Assembly: GCA_964609855.1 (NCBI GenBank) | Contig: CAZSTB010000005.1 | Span: forward strand, 1,467 to 65,466 | Reading direction: 5' to 3' | Origin: an uncultured Bdellovibrionales bacterium | Lineage (GTDB): Bacteria > Patescibacteriota > Minisyncoccia > Moranbacterales > GWC2-37-73 | Length of the DNA stretch: 64,000 bases | Shown here: positions 1 through 9,309 of the stretch, piece by piece | How the letters are laid out: every line of letters begins with the position of its first letter | Position numbering within the stretch: position 1 is the first letter of the stretch | Program-made: the position numbers and the translations under genes | Notes under the pieces: generated by a model | Seen by the model: only the letters and a program-made list of their open reading frames with translations | What the model was told of the DNA's origin: nothing | Database searches by the model: none

Positions 1-334
1 GTTTTCATCCAAATAGAAATACCGCCTCCTTGGAATTGTCAGGAGAAATGTTCCGCAAATTTTTACAGTCAATTGAAAATCTTAATAAGGTAATTGATTT
101 GTAATAACAGCGTATAACAAAGAATATCTGGCTCAAAAATTTCTTACAATTATATTTTTACATTAAGGAAAATGAAATTTTCTCGATCCAAATTCATCTC
201 CGCTACGCTACAATGAACTTCAGATATTCTTAACGTTCAACGAAATAAATTTTTTATCTTGGTTGTAATTTAGCGATTTGTGAATTACGCAGGGACAGAA
301 AATTTGCACCACAAGGGCATTTCCGCTGGTCATT

Positions 335-413
335 TTTTATTAATTTAAAGAGGGGGATAATGTGTTTTTCTGCTTTTTGGGAAGCATAAAAAAATAATTT
401 ATTTTCAAAAAAT
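335..413 (+). repeat. Conserved ~80-nt 5' leader, copy 1 (near-identical to 1318-1397). Contains the hairpin TTCTGCTT-TTTGGG-AAGCATAA at 368-389, then an A-rich tract running into the start codon.
   Basis: Direct comparison of 335-413 with 1318-1397: about 70 of 78 nt identical, and both end exactly at an ATG start. No SD. Confidence 0.8.
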
Positions 414-1280
414 ATGATTGGACATCTAATATATACATACGATCGACTTGATGATGCTAGAATCTTGCAAGAAATTTCAAAAAATTATTTAGCCAAAGAG
501 CTAGGTGATATTTTCCTCATTCATGCTTACAACGGAGAAAATTCATTTGGATATGAAAAATATCTTGAAGACAAATTGATAAAGATAAAAAATAAAGGAC
601 ATTTTGAAGGTGCTTGCGATTTGATAAATCAAGGAATTGCTGAAGCAGGAAGGAATTTAGACATAGATTATTTAATGGTGACCGCATCCGACACTTGGTT
701 GTTGAATGCTGATTATATTAAGAAAATAATTTCAGAAATGAAAGAGATGAATAAGGTGATTGCAACTTGTGCGTGGGATGATCGCGGAATAGTTGAACCT
801 GATATAAACAATACAATGAATTTGTTTAAGATTGGTTTTGCGACTGACTTTTTTATATTAGATATGAAATGGCAAAGAGAAAATAAGCTCTTTCCGCTCA
901 AATTCAAATCTATCGCAAGAAAATTTAATGATGTGAAAGTTTTTATGACTGGACATCTCGTTTTACTGGAAGATGTTCTAGCTTATGTATATGCTAAGTT
1001 TTTTATAAAAAAGTATAATTATAATTACGGTGTTTATAAACGAGAAATGATAAAATCTTTGTATCACATGGTTGATAGAGAGCCTATACATTTTCGCAAA
1101 GAAGATGGTATATGGAAAAGAAAAATGGAATGGCCAAGTTTGGGAATTTACACTTACCATGACGAAGATGTCCAAAAGAAGAAAGCTGTATTGCAATCAA
1201 ACGAGGAAATTTCAGGTGTAAATATAGAAAAATTAAGAAATACAGACGATTTGTCATATTTTAACAAGATAAATCAATAA
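414..1280 (+). CDS. Hypothetical protein (288 aa), possibly a nucleotide-sugar transferase-like fold. No confident family.
   Basis: Long ORF with ATG start directly after the conserved leader. AT-rich codon usage typical of the window. No recognisable motif. Confidence 0.5.
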   Translation: MIGHLIYTYDRLDDARILQEISKNYLAKELGDIFLIHAYNGENSFGYEKYLEDKLIKIKNKGHFEGACDLINQGIAEAGRNLDIDYLMVTASDTWLLNADYIKKIISEMKEMNKVIATCAWDDRGIVEPDINNTMNLFKIGFATDFFILDMKWQRENKLFPLKFKSIARKFNDVKVFMTGHLVLLEDVLAYVYAKFFIKKYNYNYGVYKREMIKSLYHMVDREPIHFRKEDGIWKRKMEWPSLGIYTYHDEDVQKKKAVLQSNEEISGVNIEKLRNTDDLSYFNKINQ

Positions 1281-1320
1281 GGAGTCTTTTTTCAAAAAAA
1301 TTCACCCCGACCCTCTTTTT
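1276..1320 (+). repeat. Mini repeat (core ATTCACCCC-GACCCTC) immediately after the stop codon; a second copy at 1911-1958. Looks like a hairpin-deleted version of module A of the 150-bp repeat family.
   Basis: caataaggagtcttttttcaaaaaaattcaccccgaccctcttttt versus caataaggagtttcaaaaaaatgaaattcacccctgacccctctttc. The core matches ggtattaACCCC[ggggcaagccct]GACCCTC of the element at 25167. Confidence 0.6.
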
Positions 1321-1397
1321 TTATTTAATAATGGAGGGAGATAAGAAGTTTTTCTGCTTTTTGGGAAGCAGAAAAAAATAATTTATTTTCAAAAATT
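1318..1397 (+). repeat. Conserved ~80-nt 5' leader, copy 2, with a perfect palindrome TTCTGCTT-TTTGGG-AAGCAGAA at 1352-1373.
   Basis: Near-identical to 335-413. The 8-bp arms are exact reverse complements. Confidence 0.8.
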
Positions 1398-1916
1398 ATG
1401 CATAACAATAAAATTACGGAAGATGAAATTAAAACAGTCACCGAGATATTGAAAAAAATTGAGCCTGGGCTTTTGCCATTTCCAATTTTTTTAGAAGTAG
1501 CTCGACTATATGTTAGCTGTATTGTTGAAATAGTTCCTTTTTACAACGACAATGGCAATATTCAGGTTTTACTTCAGGAGCGTGAACAAGAAGATCCGAT
1601 TTGGGGAGGAATGTTACATACGGCGGGCACTGTAGTTAGGGCAAATGATGAAGATGGAACTTTTAAAAGTGCGTTTGATAGAATATTAAATAAGGAGTTG
1701 CAAGGAATTTTGATTAAAGGTGAACCAACTTTTGTTAAATCAGTTTTTCATCAAGTAGCTAGAGGTAGGGAGCTAGCCTTAATTTTTTATGTTGAATTGG
1801 CGACAAATGAAGTTTCACATCTGGGAAAATTATATGACATTGAGAAATTGCCAGCTGAGATAGTTGATACGCAAGTTCAGTTTATTCAAGATGCTGCCAA
1901 ACAATTTGTTCAATAA
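1398..1916 (+). CDS. Hypothetical protein (172 aa). Weak Nudix-like resemblance only.
   Basis: ORF starts at an ATG right after the shared leader. No sequence similarity to the ORF at 414. Confidence 0.5.
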   Translation: MHNNKITEDEIKTVTEILKKIEPGLLPFPIFLEVARLYVSCIVEIVPFYNDNGNIQVLLQEREQEDPIWGGMLHTAGTVVRANDEDGTFKSAFDRILNKELQGILIKGEPTFVKSVFHQVARGRELALIFYVELATNEVSHLGKLYDIEKLPAEIVDTQVQFIQDAAKQFVQ

Positions 1917-1958
1917 GGAGTTTCAAAAAAATGAAATTCACCCCTGACCCCTCTTTCA
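1911..1958 (+). repeat. Mini repeat copy 2 (ATTCACCCCTGACCCCTC core) after the stop of the 1398 gene.
   Basis: Aligns with 1276-1320, including the last codons (caa taa) and ggagt. Confidence 0.6.
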
Positions 1959-2102
1959 TTTTTCAAAACAAAAAATCAAATTTTCTTAGATGCAAAATCA
2001 GAGTATAATGAATTTAACGATGAGATAAAAATTGACATCGTTGAACAACTCATATCTGGCTTAAAAAGTTTTGCCTTATTTGATTTTAAATAAATTTTTA
2101 AT

Positions 2103-2312
2103 ATGTTGTCAAAAGAAATTAGGAATTTTATTTCAAGCTTGGTTGTCTTCGGAATTGTTTCGTATTTTGCAATTAGGAATGGCAGATTGACGATTGAAGA
2201 TGCTCTGAACTATTTTATCTGGTTCGCGGTGTTCGTATTTTTGGTATCGATCGCTTTGCGTTTTATTACTGGCATATGGGGAAGTTGTGGTTTAAGAGGG
2301 AAAGAAAAATAG
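2103..2312 (+). CDS. Small hydrophobic protein (69 aa), hypothetical.
   Basis: ORF with two predicted transmembrane helices. Confidence 0.3.
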   Translation: MLSKEIRNFISSLVVFGIVSYFAIRNGRLTIEDALNYFIWFAVFVFLVSIALRFITGIWGSCGLRGKEK

Positions 2313-2324
2313 AAAACAGATGAA

Positions 2325-3803
2325 TTATTTCTTTAAATAATGAAAGACAGATCCAATGAAATACAATGAGCCGGTTATTGCAACCGGCTTTTTTGATTCT
2401 TTGATACTTTTGATGATCTGCGAATAATTGTTGGGAATCACTGAAAAGTTGCGAAAATTTTGAGATTCTAAAAAAGTTGCGATTTCTTTGTTGTCAACAG
2501 AGCTCCAATGATTGTCCATTCCTGAAGTTGAAAAATTAGTCAGCAAGATTTTATCAGCCAGGGGAATTATTTTCTTCAGTATATTCTTGAAATCCTTGCT
2601 TTTTTTGAAAGCGACAAGGAAAGTGAATTTTTGATTAGGATAAATTGCAGCCAAGTTAGTGGTAAAAGCCTCCATTTTTTGTGGATTGTGTGCGCCATCT
2701 ATTATTACGTTTTGTTTTTCAATCTTTCTAATTTCCATGCGACCAGGAATTGAAATGCTTTCAAGAGAAAATCTCAAAGCCTTTTCATTGATGTTGAAAT
2801 CGTCACGTTCTGATGCGATTGCTAGACAAGCCAGAGCAAGTGAGCAATTTTCAGCTTGATGTTTTCCAATGAGTCCCAATCTGACCTTTTTCAAAATTAG
2901 AGATTTTTCATTCTGAACTTGTTTCAGAATACCTCTCTGATTGCGCATTTTTATAGATCCTGAAACAAGTTCAGGATGACAATTGGGAGATTTGAAATTG
3001 AAATCAAATACTGTCTTAATCGGCGTTGAGGAGGTTGTGTAATAATTCTTTTCTTGTTTGATTGTGAAAAGCTGGGATTTTTTATCAATGCATCTTTCTT
3101 TGATAATTTTTTGTGCTCTAGCTGACTGTTGGATATTGATTGTTGTATTTTGCTTTCCTATTATTCCTGCTTTCTGCTCAGCAATTTTTGCAATTGTTTT
3201 TCCGAGAATTTCAGTGTGATCTAGTCCAATTTTTGTGATGATGCAGATCTTGTTTTTCGAGCTGACCGTGTTGGTTGCGTCCAAGGTTCCACCTAGACCA
3301 GTTTCCATGACCGCGTAGTCAATCTTTTCTTTGGCGAACATGAAAAATGCCAATCCTACATTTATTTCAAAAAATGTCGGTGCGCCATATTTGCAACTTT
3401 CCATTTTTCGTATTGCGGGAAGAATCTGATTGAAATATTTTAAAATCAATTTTTCACTCAGTAGCGCATTCGCATGTCCGCCATTTGTAGTGGCGGTTTG
3501 CGACGCGGTAGTGGAGCAAAAAACTTGCATTCTTTCTCTAATGTCAAAAATATGCGGAGAAATTGAAAGTCCAACCTTGAATCCCTGGCTTTGCAAAACA
3601 TGGCTAGTCAGGTAGGCGGTTGAACCTTTGCCGGATGTCCCTGCAATATGAATAACCTTTAGCTTGTTTTGCGGGTTGCCAAGCAGTTTCATGAAATATT
3701 TGGCTCTTTTGAGCCCAATATCTCCCATGAACAAAGCATCCCTGGTCGGGACACGGGTTTTGAGAAAATCTTCAAATTGCTGTAGACTATTTACTTTTAA
3801 CAT
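2325..3803 (-). CDS. folC: Folylpolyglutamate synthase / dihydrofolate synthase (Mur ligase family), extended (492 aa).
   Basis: HIAGTSGKGST P-loop and SPH motif typical of FolC/Mur ligases. ATG-initiated long ORF. Confidence 0.8.
   Translation of the reverse strand: MLKVNSLQQFEDFLKTRVPTRDALFMGDIGLKRAKYFMKLLGNPQNKLKVIHIAGTSGKGSTAYLTSHVLQSQGFKVGLSISPHIFDIRERMQVFCSTTASQTATTNGGHANALLSEKLILKYFNQILPAIRKMESCKYGAPTFFEINVGLAFFMFAKEKIDYAVMETGLGGTLDATNTVSSKNKICIITKIGLDHTEILGKTIAKIAEQKAGIIGKQNTTINIQQSARAQKIIKERCIDKKSQLFTIKQEKNYYTTSSTPIKTVFDFNFKSPNCHPELVSGSIKMRNQRGILKQVQNEKSLILKKVRLGLIGKHQAENCSLALACLAIASERDDFNINEKALRFSLESISIPGRMEIRKIEKQNVIIDGAHNPQKMEAFTTNLAAIYPNQKFTFLVAFKKSKDFKNILKKIIPLADKILLTNFSTSGMDNHWSSVDNKEIATFLESQNFRNFSVIPNNYSQIIKSIKESKKPVAITGSLYFIGSVFHYLKK
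2908..2982. mobile_element. MITE-like inverted-repeat element (~75 bp) inserted IN FRAME inside folC. Arms tcattctgaacttgtttcagaat / atcctgaaacaagttcaggatgacaa.
   Basis: 29-30 nt of this are identical to the tyrS-pheS intergenic element at 34561-34621 (tgtcatcctgaacttgtttcaggatctata). Encodes ...CHPELVSGSIKMRNQRGILKQVQNE... in FolC. Confidence 0.6.
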
Positions 3804-3889
3804 AGTTTTTTATGATATATCCTTAGAAACAAAAATACAAGTTTTCTGTTGACATTGTAATTGATATTTGTTAGCTTGATAGCAATCGA

Positions 3890-4065
3890 ATGGGGTCTAA
3901 TATTGCTCAGTTGCTTTGTAGAAGTATCTGTACAATAGGTGTTCGCCCATTTGTACTGTTCTGGGGTGGAGTCCGCCATGAATTCCCGAAGCCCCGGAAT
4001 GGGCCGATTTCAAGTGTGAGGGTGCCACCTTGTGGCCATGGCGGAAGTTCTTTGGAAAAACAAAA
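3890..4065 (+). other. GC-rich structured intergenic segment upstream of the zinc-finger gene; candidate 5' leader or ncRNA.
   Basis: GC content clearly above surroundings. CCGCCATG (3974-3981) pairs with CATGGCGG (4035-4042), enclosing a CCCGGAATGGG hairpin and GCCACCTTGTGGC. No conserved RNase P, tmRNA or SRP motifs found. Confidence 0.3.
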
Positions 4066-4083
4066 TTTAAAGGAGGTGCTATC

Positions 4084-4506
4084 ATGCAGTGGTTTGGATT
4101 TGAAGTTCAATCGAGATTTGATGAATATTTTAATACCATTCACAATAAATTGAACTGGCTCATGGTGCTTTCTAAATTTTTTCGCAAAGACGAAATTAGA
4201 AAAGTGTTTGGTGGTGCTTATGTGCTGTGTCCCTTTCACAATGAAAACACTCCATCCATGCGCTTCTCTTTCATTGCTGACAACTTTCTTTGTTTTGGAT
4301 GTGGTTGCGGTGGAGATATTTTTTCTTTCATTAAGCGCATGGAGGGCGGCTCCTTTGAGGCTATGCTTTTCATAAGAAAATATTTTCAGATCCCTTTGCC
4401 ATTTACAAGAAAAGAGTGGCGAGCTATTAAAGCTGAGATAAGAAGAAGACAAGCAGAAAACATAAATTTATATCTGCAAGTAGTCTCAGCAGAAGATGAA
4501 AATTAA
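4084..4506 (+). CDS. Stand-alone CHC2-type zinc-finger protein (DnaG primase zinc-binding-domain-like), about 140 aa.
   Basis: CPFHNENTPSMRFSF...CFGCGCGGDIFSFIK matches the primase CHC2 zinc ribbon. Strong SD (AAGGAGGTG) 7 nt before the ATG at 4084. Confidence 0.6.
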   Translation: MQWFGFEVQSRFDEYFNTIHNKLNWLMVLSKFFRKDEIRKVFGGAYVLCPFHNENTPSMRFSFIADNFLCFGCGCGGDIFSFIKRMEGGSFEAMLFIRKYFQIPLPFTRKEWRAIKAEIRRRQAENINLYLQVVSAEDEN

Positions 4507-4507
4507 G

Positions 4508-4545
4508 TGAGGTGATGATCTGCGGATTGTCACCTCTTTTTTTGA
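4508..4545 (+). terminator. Rho-independent terminator.
   Basis: gaggtga...tcacctc stem followed by TTTTTTT. Confidence 0.7.
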
Positions 4546-4636
4546 GCTTTTTTTATTATATAATCCATGCTAAAATCAGATAGAAATAATCCCAATGCTA
4601 AAAGCTGGTGAAGCTAATGCAGCTAAAAGCTAATTT

Positions 4637-5305
4637 ATGAAATTCGACATCATTACCATTTTCCCAGCTATTTTCGACAGCTATTTCAGTGAATCGATCA
4701 TTAAGCGTGCGCAAGAAAATGAATTGATAGAAATTAAAATTCACAATTTAAGAGAATACTCAAACAATAAGCATCATAATGTTGACGATACTCCTTATGG
4801 CGGGGGCGCAGGAATGGTGATGCAAGTTCAGCCGTTTTTTGATGGTTTACAAAAAATTAAAGATACGATTACTGTCGACCAATCCGTAAGAACTATATTG
4901 TTTTCCGCAAAGGGAAAACGCTTTACGCAAAAAGATGCGCAGAGACTAGCTGAGTACGACCGGCTTGTTTTACTTTGTGGCCGATATGAAGGAGTTGATG
5001 AGCGCGTGGCTGAAAATCTTGTTGACGAAGAAATTTCAATCGGCGACTTTGTTCTGACCGGAGGAGAAATACCAGCTATGGTAATTGTGGATAGTGTCAC
5101 TAGGCTATTGCCTGGCGCACTTGGGAATGACCAAAGTGCAATCGAAGAGTCTCACAGTGAAGAAGGATATCTTGAATATCCTCAATACTCTAAGCCGGAA
5201 AAGTTTAACGAGTGGAGTGTGCCGGAAGTTCTCCTTAGTGGAAATCATGCAGAAATTGAGAAATGGAGAACACAGAAATCAAAACGCGGGCCAAAAAATG
5301 AGTAG
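4637..5305 (+). CDS. trmD: tRNA (guanine37-N1)-methyltransferase.
   Basis: [18 protein letters not shown]-knot motif. Conserved N-terminal IFP..F. Confidence 0.9.
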   Translation: MKFDIITIFPAIFDSYFSESIIKRAQENELIEIKIHNLREYSNNKHHNVDDTPYGGGAGMVMQVQPFFDGLQKIKDTITVDQSVRTILFSAKGKRFTQKDAQRLAEYDRLVLLCGRYEGVDERVAENLVDEEISIGDFVLTGGEIPAMVIVDSVTRLLPGALGNDQSAIEESHSEEGYLEYPQYSKPEKFNEWSVPEVLLSGNHAEIEKWRTQKSKRGPKNE

Positions 5306-5415
5306 TTAAAATTGCTTGATAATAAAATACAAACACAAACACATTGGTAGCCAATAATGATTGTCTAGATAGTGATTTTAAAAAATGGCTTTGAAATTAA
5401 TGGATTTGGTTATTA

Positions 5416-6537
5416 ATGTCACTTTTAATTATGCAACATAAATTAGGTGATAAGGCACTCTTGACCATCGTAGGGACACTACTTGTTTTCGGTTTGATTA
5501 TGATTGCCAGTGCGGGCGTAATTTATTCCGAGACTCGCTTTGGCGACTCTTATTATTTTTTTAAGCACCAACTTTTTTTTGGAGTTATTCCCGGGGCGAT
5601 CGCTTTATATGTTTTTCAAAAAATAGATTATCACTTCTGGCGTAAACTTGCGGTTCCGTTCTTTATTCTTTCGGTGATCTTTTTGATTTTGGTTTTTGTG
5701 CCGGGAATTGGTTCTAGGGTTTATGGCGCAAGTCGTTGGCTGCAGCTAGGACCTTTTTCTTTTCAGCCCTCTGAAATGGCAAAGTTGGCAGTGATTATTT
5801 ATCTTGCTGCTTGGCTTGAGAGTCGTGGAACGAAACGCATTAAGGATTTTTTTGAAGGAATGTTGCCATTTTTAGGCATTATCAGTCTCATAGCTTTTCT
5901 TATCATGAAGCAGCCTGACACTGGGACGCTTGGTGTTATTATTTTAACTTCTTTCGCATTGTTTTTTGTTGCAGGTGCTCATATGAGGCACTTATTCTCA
6001 ATGGGAACTCTAGGTTTTATTGCTCTTTGGGTTTTGGTTAAGATTGAACCTTATCGTTTGAATCGAATTTTGGCTTTTCTTGATCCAGGAGCTGATCCTC
6101 AGGGTATTGGGTATCAAATCAATCAAGCATTGCTAGCCGTTGGGAGTGGAGGCCTTTTTGGGGTAGGACTGGGACATAGTAGGCAAAAATATAATTATTT
6201 GCCTGAACCGGTTGGAGATTCTATTTTTGCAGTTATTGGTGAAGAAGTGGGAATGATTGGTGCGTTAATTCTGGTCTCGTTGTTTATTTTGCTGGCGATG
6301 CGTGGGCTAAAAATTGCAAAAAAAGCACCAGACATGTTCGGTACATTAGTAGCCACGGGAATCACTATGTGGATTGTAATTCAGTCCTTTATTAATATTG
6401 GGGCTAACATCGCACTTATTCCACTTACGGGTATTCCATTGCCATTCATTAGTTATGGTGGAACCTCGCTAGTTTTTTTAATGTCATCAATAGGAATATT
6501 GCTTAACATATCCAAACAATCAAATATGGAGAACTAG
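5416..6537 (+). CDS. ftsW: SEDS-family peptidoglycan glycosyltransferase (FtsW/RodA).
   Basis: Multi-TM protein with the conserved FtsW/RodA core. Sits immediately upstream of murG and murC. Confidence 0.8.
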   Translation: MSLLIMQHKLGDKALLTIVGTLLVFGLIMIASAGVIYSETRFGDSYYFFKHQLFFGVIPGAIALYVFQKIDYHFWRKLAVPFFILSVIFLILVFVPGIGSRVYGASRWLQLGPFSFQPSEMAKLAVIIYLAAWLESRGTKRIKDFFEGMLPFLGIISLIAFLIMKQPDTGTLGVIILTSFALFFVAGAHMRHLFSMGTLGFIALWVLVKIEPYRLNRILAFLDPGADPQGIGYQINQALLAVGSGGLFGVGLGHSRQKYNYLPEPVGDSIFAVIGEEVGMIGALILVSLFILLAMRGLKIAKKAPDMFGTLVATGITMWIVIQSFINIGANIALIPLTGIPLPFISYGGTSLVFLMSSIGILLNISKQSNMEN

Positions 6538-6719
6538 CTGGAATGCTAGCTTTTTCCCTGCTTTATTGTTAAAATAGAATAGCAATAAGATGACGTAAAA
6601 AGCAATTTTGAATTTTATAATTTTGAAATATGAATGAGTTTTGAATTATTAATTTTGAAATATTAAATCATTAAGATTTGATTTAAAATTTGGAGTTCGA
6701 AATCCATCATTAACTTTAT

Positions 6720-7829
6720 ATGAGAATAGTATTAACCGGAGGTGGAACGGGCGGGCATTTGACGCCACTTGTAGCTATTGCAGATAAATTAAAGGCTAAA
6801 TTGGGCCCGGAAGCTCAACTTTTATACATTGGTTCAGGGGCGGAAATGGAAAAGCAAATGATGGCACAAGAGGGTATTCCTGCTAAATTCGTCCAGAGCG
6901 GAAAAATGCGACGTTATTTCGCCATGGAAAACTTTGTTGATTTTTTAAAAATTCCCGTGGGATTTATTCAGTCGCTTTGGATCCTGCTTCGCTTTATGCC
7001 TGATGCTATTTTTTCCAAGGGCGGATATGTGGCGGTTCCAATTGTTCTCGCAGCATGGGTGTATCGTATTCCAATTATGATTCATGAATCAGATAGTATC
7101 CCAGGCGTTGCAAATCAATTTTTGTCGAAATTTGCAAATCGTATCGCAGTCGCTTATCCATCAGCTGAACAATATTTCCCGAAAGAAAAAACTGCACTTG
7201 TTGGAAATCCTATCCGTTTTCAGGTGACTGATGGCGACGCCGTGATGTTTCGGCAGCAGCTGGGATTTACGCAATCACGCAAGACTATTTTGATCCTAGG
7301 GGGTTCGCAGGGTTCGCGGGTTATAAATAATGCAATCGTGAAAATTTTACCCAAACTCTTGCATCATTATCAGGTGATTCATCAAACGGGTGAAAAAAAT
7401 TATGAATCAGTTTTACATGATGCTGCATACATGGGAATTAAATCGGGGCATGATGGATATTATGCAACAGCTTTCATGAACGCCAATCAACTTAGAGACG
7501 CGTTCGCGCTCAGCGATTTAGTTATCAGTAGAGCAGGTGCAACATTTATTACTGAAATTGCTGCAAATGGAAAAGCTGCAATTTTGATCCCGATTGCAAC
7601 CAGTGCTAATAATCACCAGGAAATGAATGCTAATGAACTTGCGCACATCGGGGCAGCATTAGTTTTGGAAGAGGGAAATCTCGGCGAGCACATTCTGATG
7701 GAGAAAATTGAAAAGATTTTAAGTGACGAAGTTTTAAGGCAAAGTATGATAGAGAAAATTAAAACCTTTTATCACCCAAATGCAGCGGAAATCATTTCCA
7801 ATGGTGTAATCGAAATTGCACGCGCTTAA
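6720..7829 (+). CDS. murG: Undecaprenyldiphospho-muramoylpentapeptide beta-N-acetylglucosaminyltransferase.
   Basis: MRIVLTGGGTGGHLTP N-terminal signature of MurG. Confidence 0.9.
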   Translation: MRIVLTGGGTGGHLTPLVAIADKLKAKLGPEAQLLYIGSGAEMEKQMMAQEGIPAKFVQSGKMRRYFAMENFVDFLKIPVGFIQSLWILLRFMPDAIFSKGGYVAVPIVLAAWVYRIPIMIHESDSIPGVANQFLSKFANRIAVAYPSAEQYFPKEKTALVGNPIRFQVTDGDAVMFRQQLGFTQSRKTILILGGSQGSRVINNAIVKILPKLLHHYQVIHQTGEKNYESVLHDAAYMGIKSGHDGYYATAFMNANQLRDAFALSDLVISRAGATFITEIAANGKAAILIPIATSANNHQEMNANELAHIGAALVLEEGNLGEHILMEKIEKILSDEVLRQSMIEKIKTFYHPNAAEIISNGVIEIARA

Positions 7830-7831
7830 TA

Positions 7832-9250
7832 ATGAACGAAACTAGCAAACATATGGATAATCTCGAAACAAAAAAAATCTATATTGTAGGAATTGAGGGT
7901 GCCGGAACTTCGGCTCTCGCGTTGCTATATAAAAATCTCGGTTATCAGGTTTCCGGAAGTGACAGTGGTGATCATTTCTATCAAAACGTGCTGCGAAATT
8001 CCGGTGTGGAAGTTTTTCAGCAATTCGATAAAGAAAATGTTCCCAAGGAACTTGATTTTGCAGTTTATTCAAGTGCCTATGGAGAGGGTAATCCTGAAAT
8101 TTCCGAAATTAAAAAGCGTAACATTCCACTTTTGAGTTATTCGCAAGCGTTGGGTCAATTCTTTAATGAGAAATTAGGGATTGCCGTTTGCGGGACACAT
8201 GGAAAAACAACAACCACCGCTATGTTAGCAAGTGCTATGAAACAAGCAGGTCTTGACCCCTTAGCATTGGTTGGCAGTAATGTTATTGAATGGGGCAGTA
8301 GCGTGCTACTGGGAAAGGGTGAATATTTTGTAGCCGAAGCTGATGAATATCAAAATAAACTGCAATATTACAACCCTTGGGCTGCTATCTTAACAAGCGT
8401 TGATTGGGATCATCCGGATTTTTTCCCGGACTTCGAGATTTATAAACAAACTTTCAAGGATTTCGTAAAAAGAATTCCTAAGACAGGAATGCTTGTTGTT
8501 TGGGGCGATAGTGCTGCTACGCTTGAAGTTGCAGAGTCAGCAGTCTGTAAGGTTATCACTTATGGTTTCGGAAGTGAAAATGATTTCATAATTTTAAGTC
8601 ATGAAACATCGGCTTGCATGCAAGATGATGGCGCAGAGAAATTTGAACAAGTTTTTGAAATAGAATTTCATGGGAAAAGTCTGGGTTCATTTAGGACGCC
8701 ACTTTCTGGAAAGCACAATATTCTTAATGCAACTTCGGTCATTGCACTTACTTCTGCGATGCAATTAGAATTGGAAAAAATAAAAGAAGCTTTGAATTGT
8801 GCACAAGGAACCACCCGTAGATTTCAATATATCGGTAAGTTTGAAAAAGCGATCTTGATTGACGATTATGCCCATCACCCAGATGAGATCAGGGCTACCT
8901 TGAGTGGGGCTAGTGATCGCTATAGGGGCAAAAAAATCTGGACAGTTTTTCATCCGCATACTTTTACGCGAACCAAAGCTTTGCTCCAAGAATTTTCACA
9001 AAGTTTTGATGATACGGATCGCGTTATCGTAATTGATGTATATGGAAGTGCGAGGGAAACTCAAGGCGGAGTTTCTTCTCAAGATCTAGTGAAACTTATA
9101 AATAAATATAATTTTGGGAAAGCAGATTACGTTCCTACGATTGATGACGCTATCGAATATTTTCGAGAAAAGGCAGGTGAATATGACGTATTGATCACGA
9201 TGGGAGCTGGAGATGTTTGGAAAATTGGAGATAAGCTGAAAAAAATATAA
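7832..9250 (+). CDS. murC: UDP-N-acetylmuramate--L-alanine ligase.
   Basis: YIVGIEGAGTSALA Rossmann motif and GTHGKTTTTAM P-loop of Mur ligases. Confidence 0.9.
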   Translation: MNETSKHMDNLETKKIYIVGIEGAGTSALALLYKNLGYQVSGSDSGDHFYQNVLRNSGVEVFQQFDKENVPKELDFAVYSSAYGEGNPEISEIKKRNIPLLSYSQALGQFFNEKLGIAVCGTHGKTTTTAMLASAMKQAGLDPLALVGSNVIEWGSSVLLGKGEYFVAEADEYQNKLQYYNPWAAILTSVDWDHPDFFPDFEIYKQTFKDFVKRIPKTGMLVVWGDSAATLEVAESAVCKVITYGFGSENDFIILSHETSACMQDDGAEKFEQVFEIEFHGKSLGSFRTPLSGKHNILNATSVIALTSAMQLELEKIKEALNCAQGTTRRFQYIGKFEKAILIDDYAHHPDEIRATLSGASDRYRGKKIWTVFHPHTFTRTKALLQEFSQSFDDTDRVIVIDVYGSARETQGGVSSQDLVKLINKYNFGKADYVPTIDDAIEYFREKAGEYDVLITMGAGDVWKIGDKLKKI

Positions 9251-9309
9251 AGGAAATGTGATTTTAATTTTATGTAATATCCTTTTTCAAATCTTTACAT
9301 CTCAAAATA

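Noticed and set aside
361-390. Tiny leader ORF (MCFSAFWEA) in the duplicated 5' leader as a possible attenuator peptide
   Set aside because: Copy 2 has no ATG at the equivalent position and its only ORF is in a different frame. The conserved element is the nucleotide palindrome, not a peptide.
3890-4065. GC-rich segment as SRP RNA, tmRNA or RNase P RNA
   Set aside because: No tRNA-like 3' end with ...CCACCA, no GGAAGCAGC/AGG SRP domain IV motif, no RNase P conserved regions (GGAAAGUCCGG, ACAGAA...). Kept only as an unclassified structured candidate.
3907-4452. 181-aa ORF on the - strand antisense to the CHC2 zinc-finger gene
   Set aside because: Low-complexity S/K-rich translation with no start context, overlapping a well-supported SD-led gene on the + strand. 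Likely spurious. The same applies to the other antisense ORFs in the track, e.g. 10098-10337, 10995-11351, 14564-14854, 36519-37052, 41965-42342, 46900-47574.
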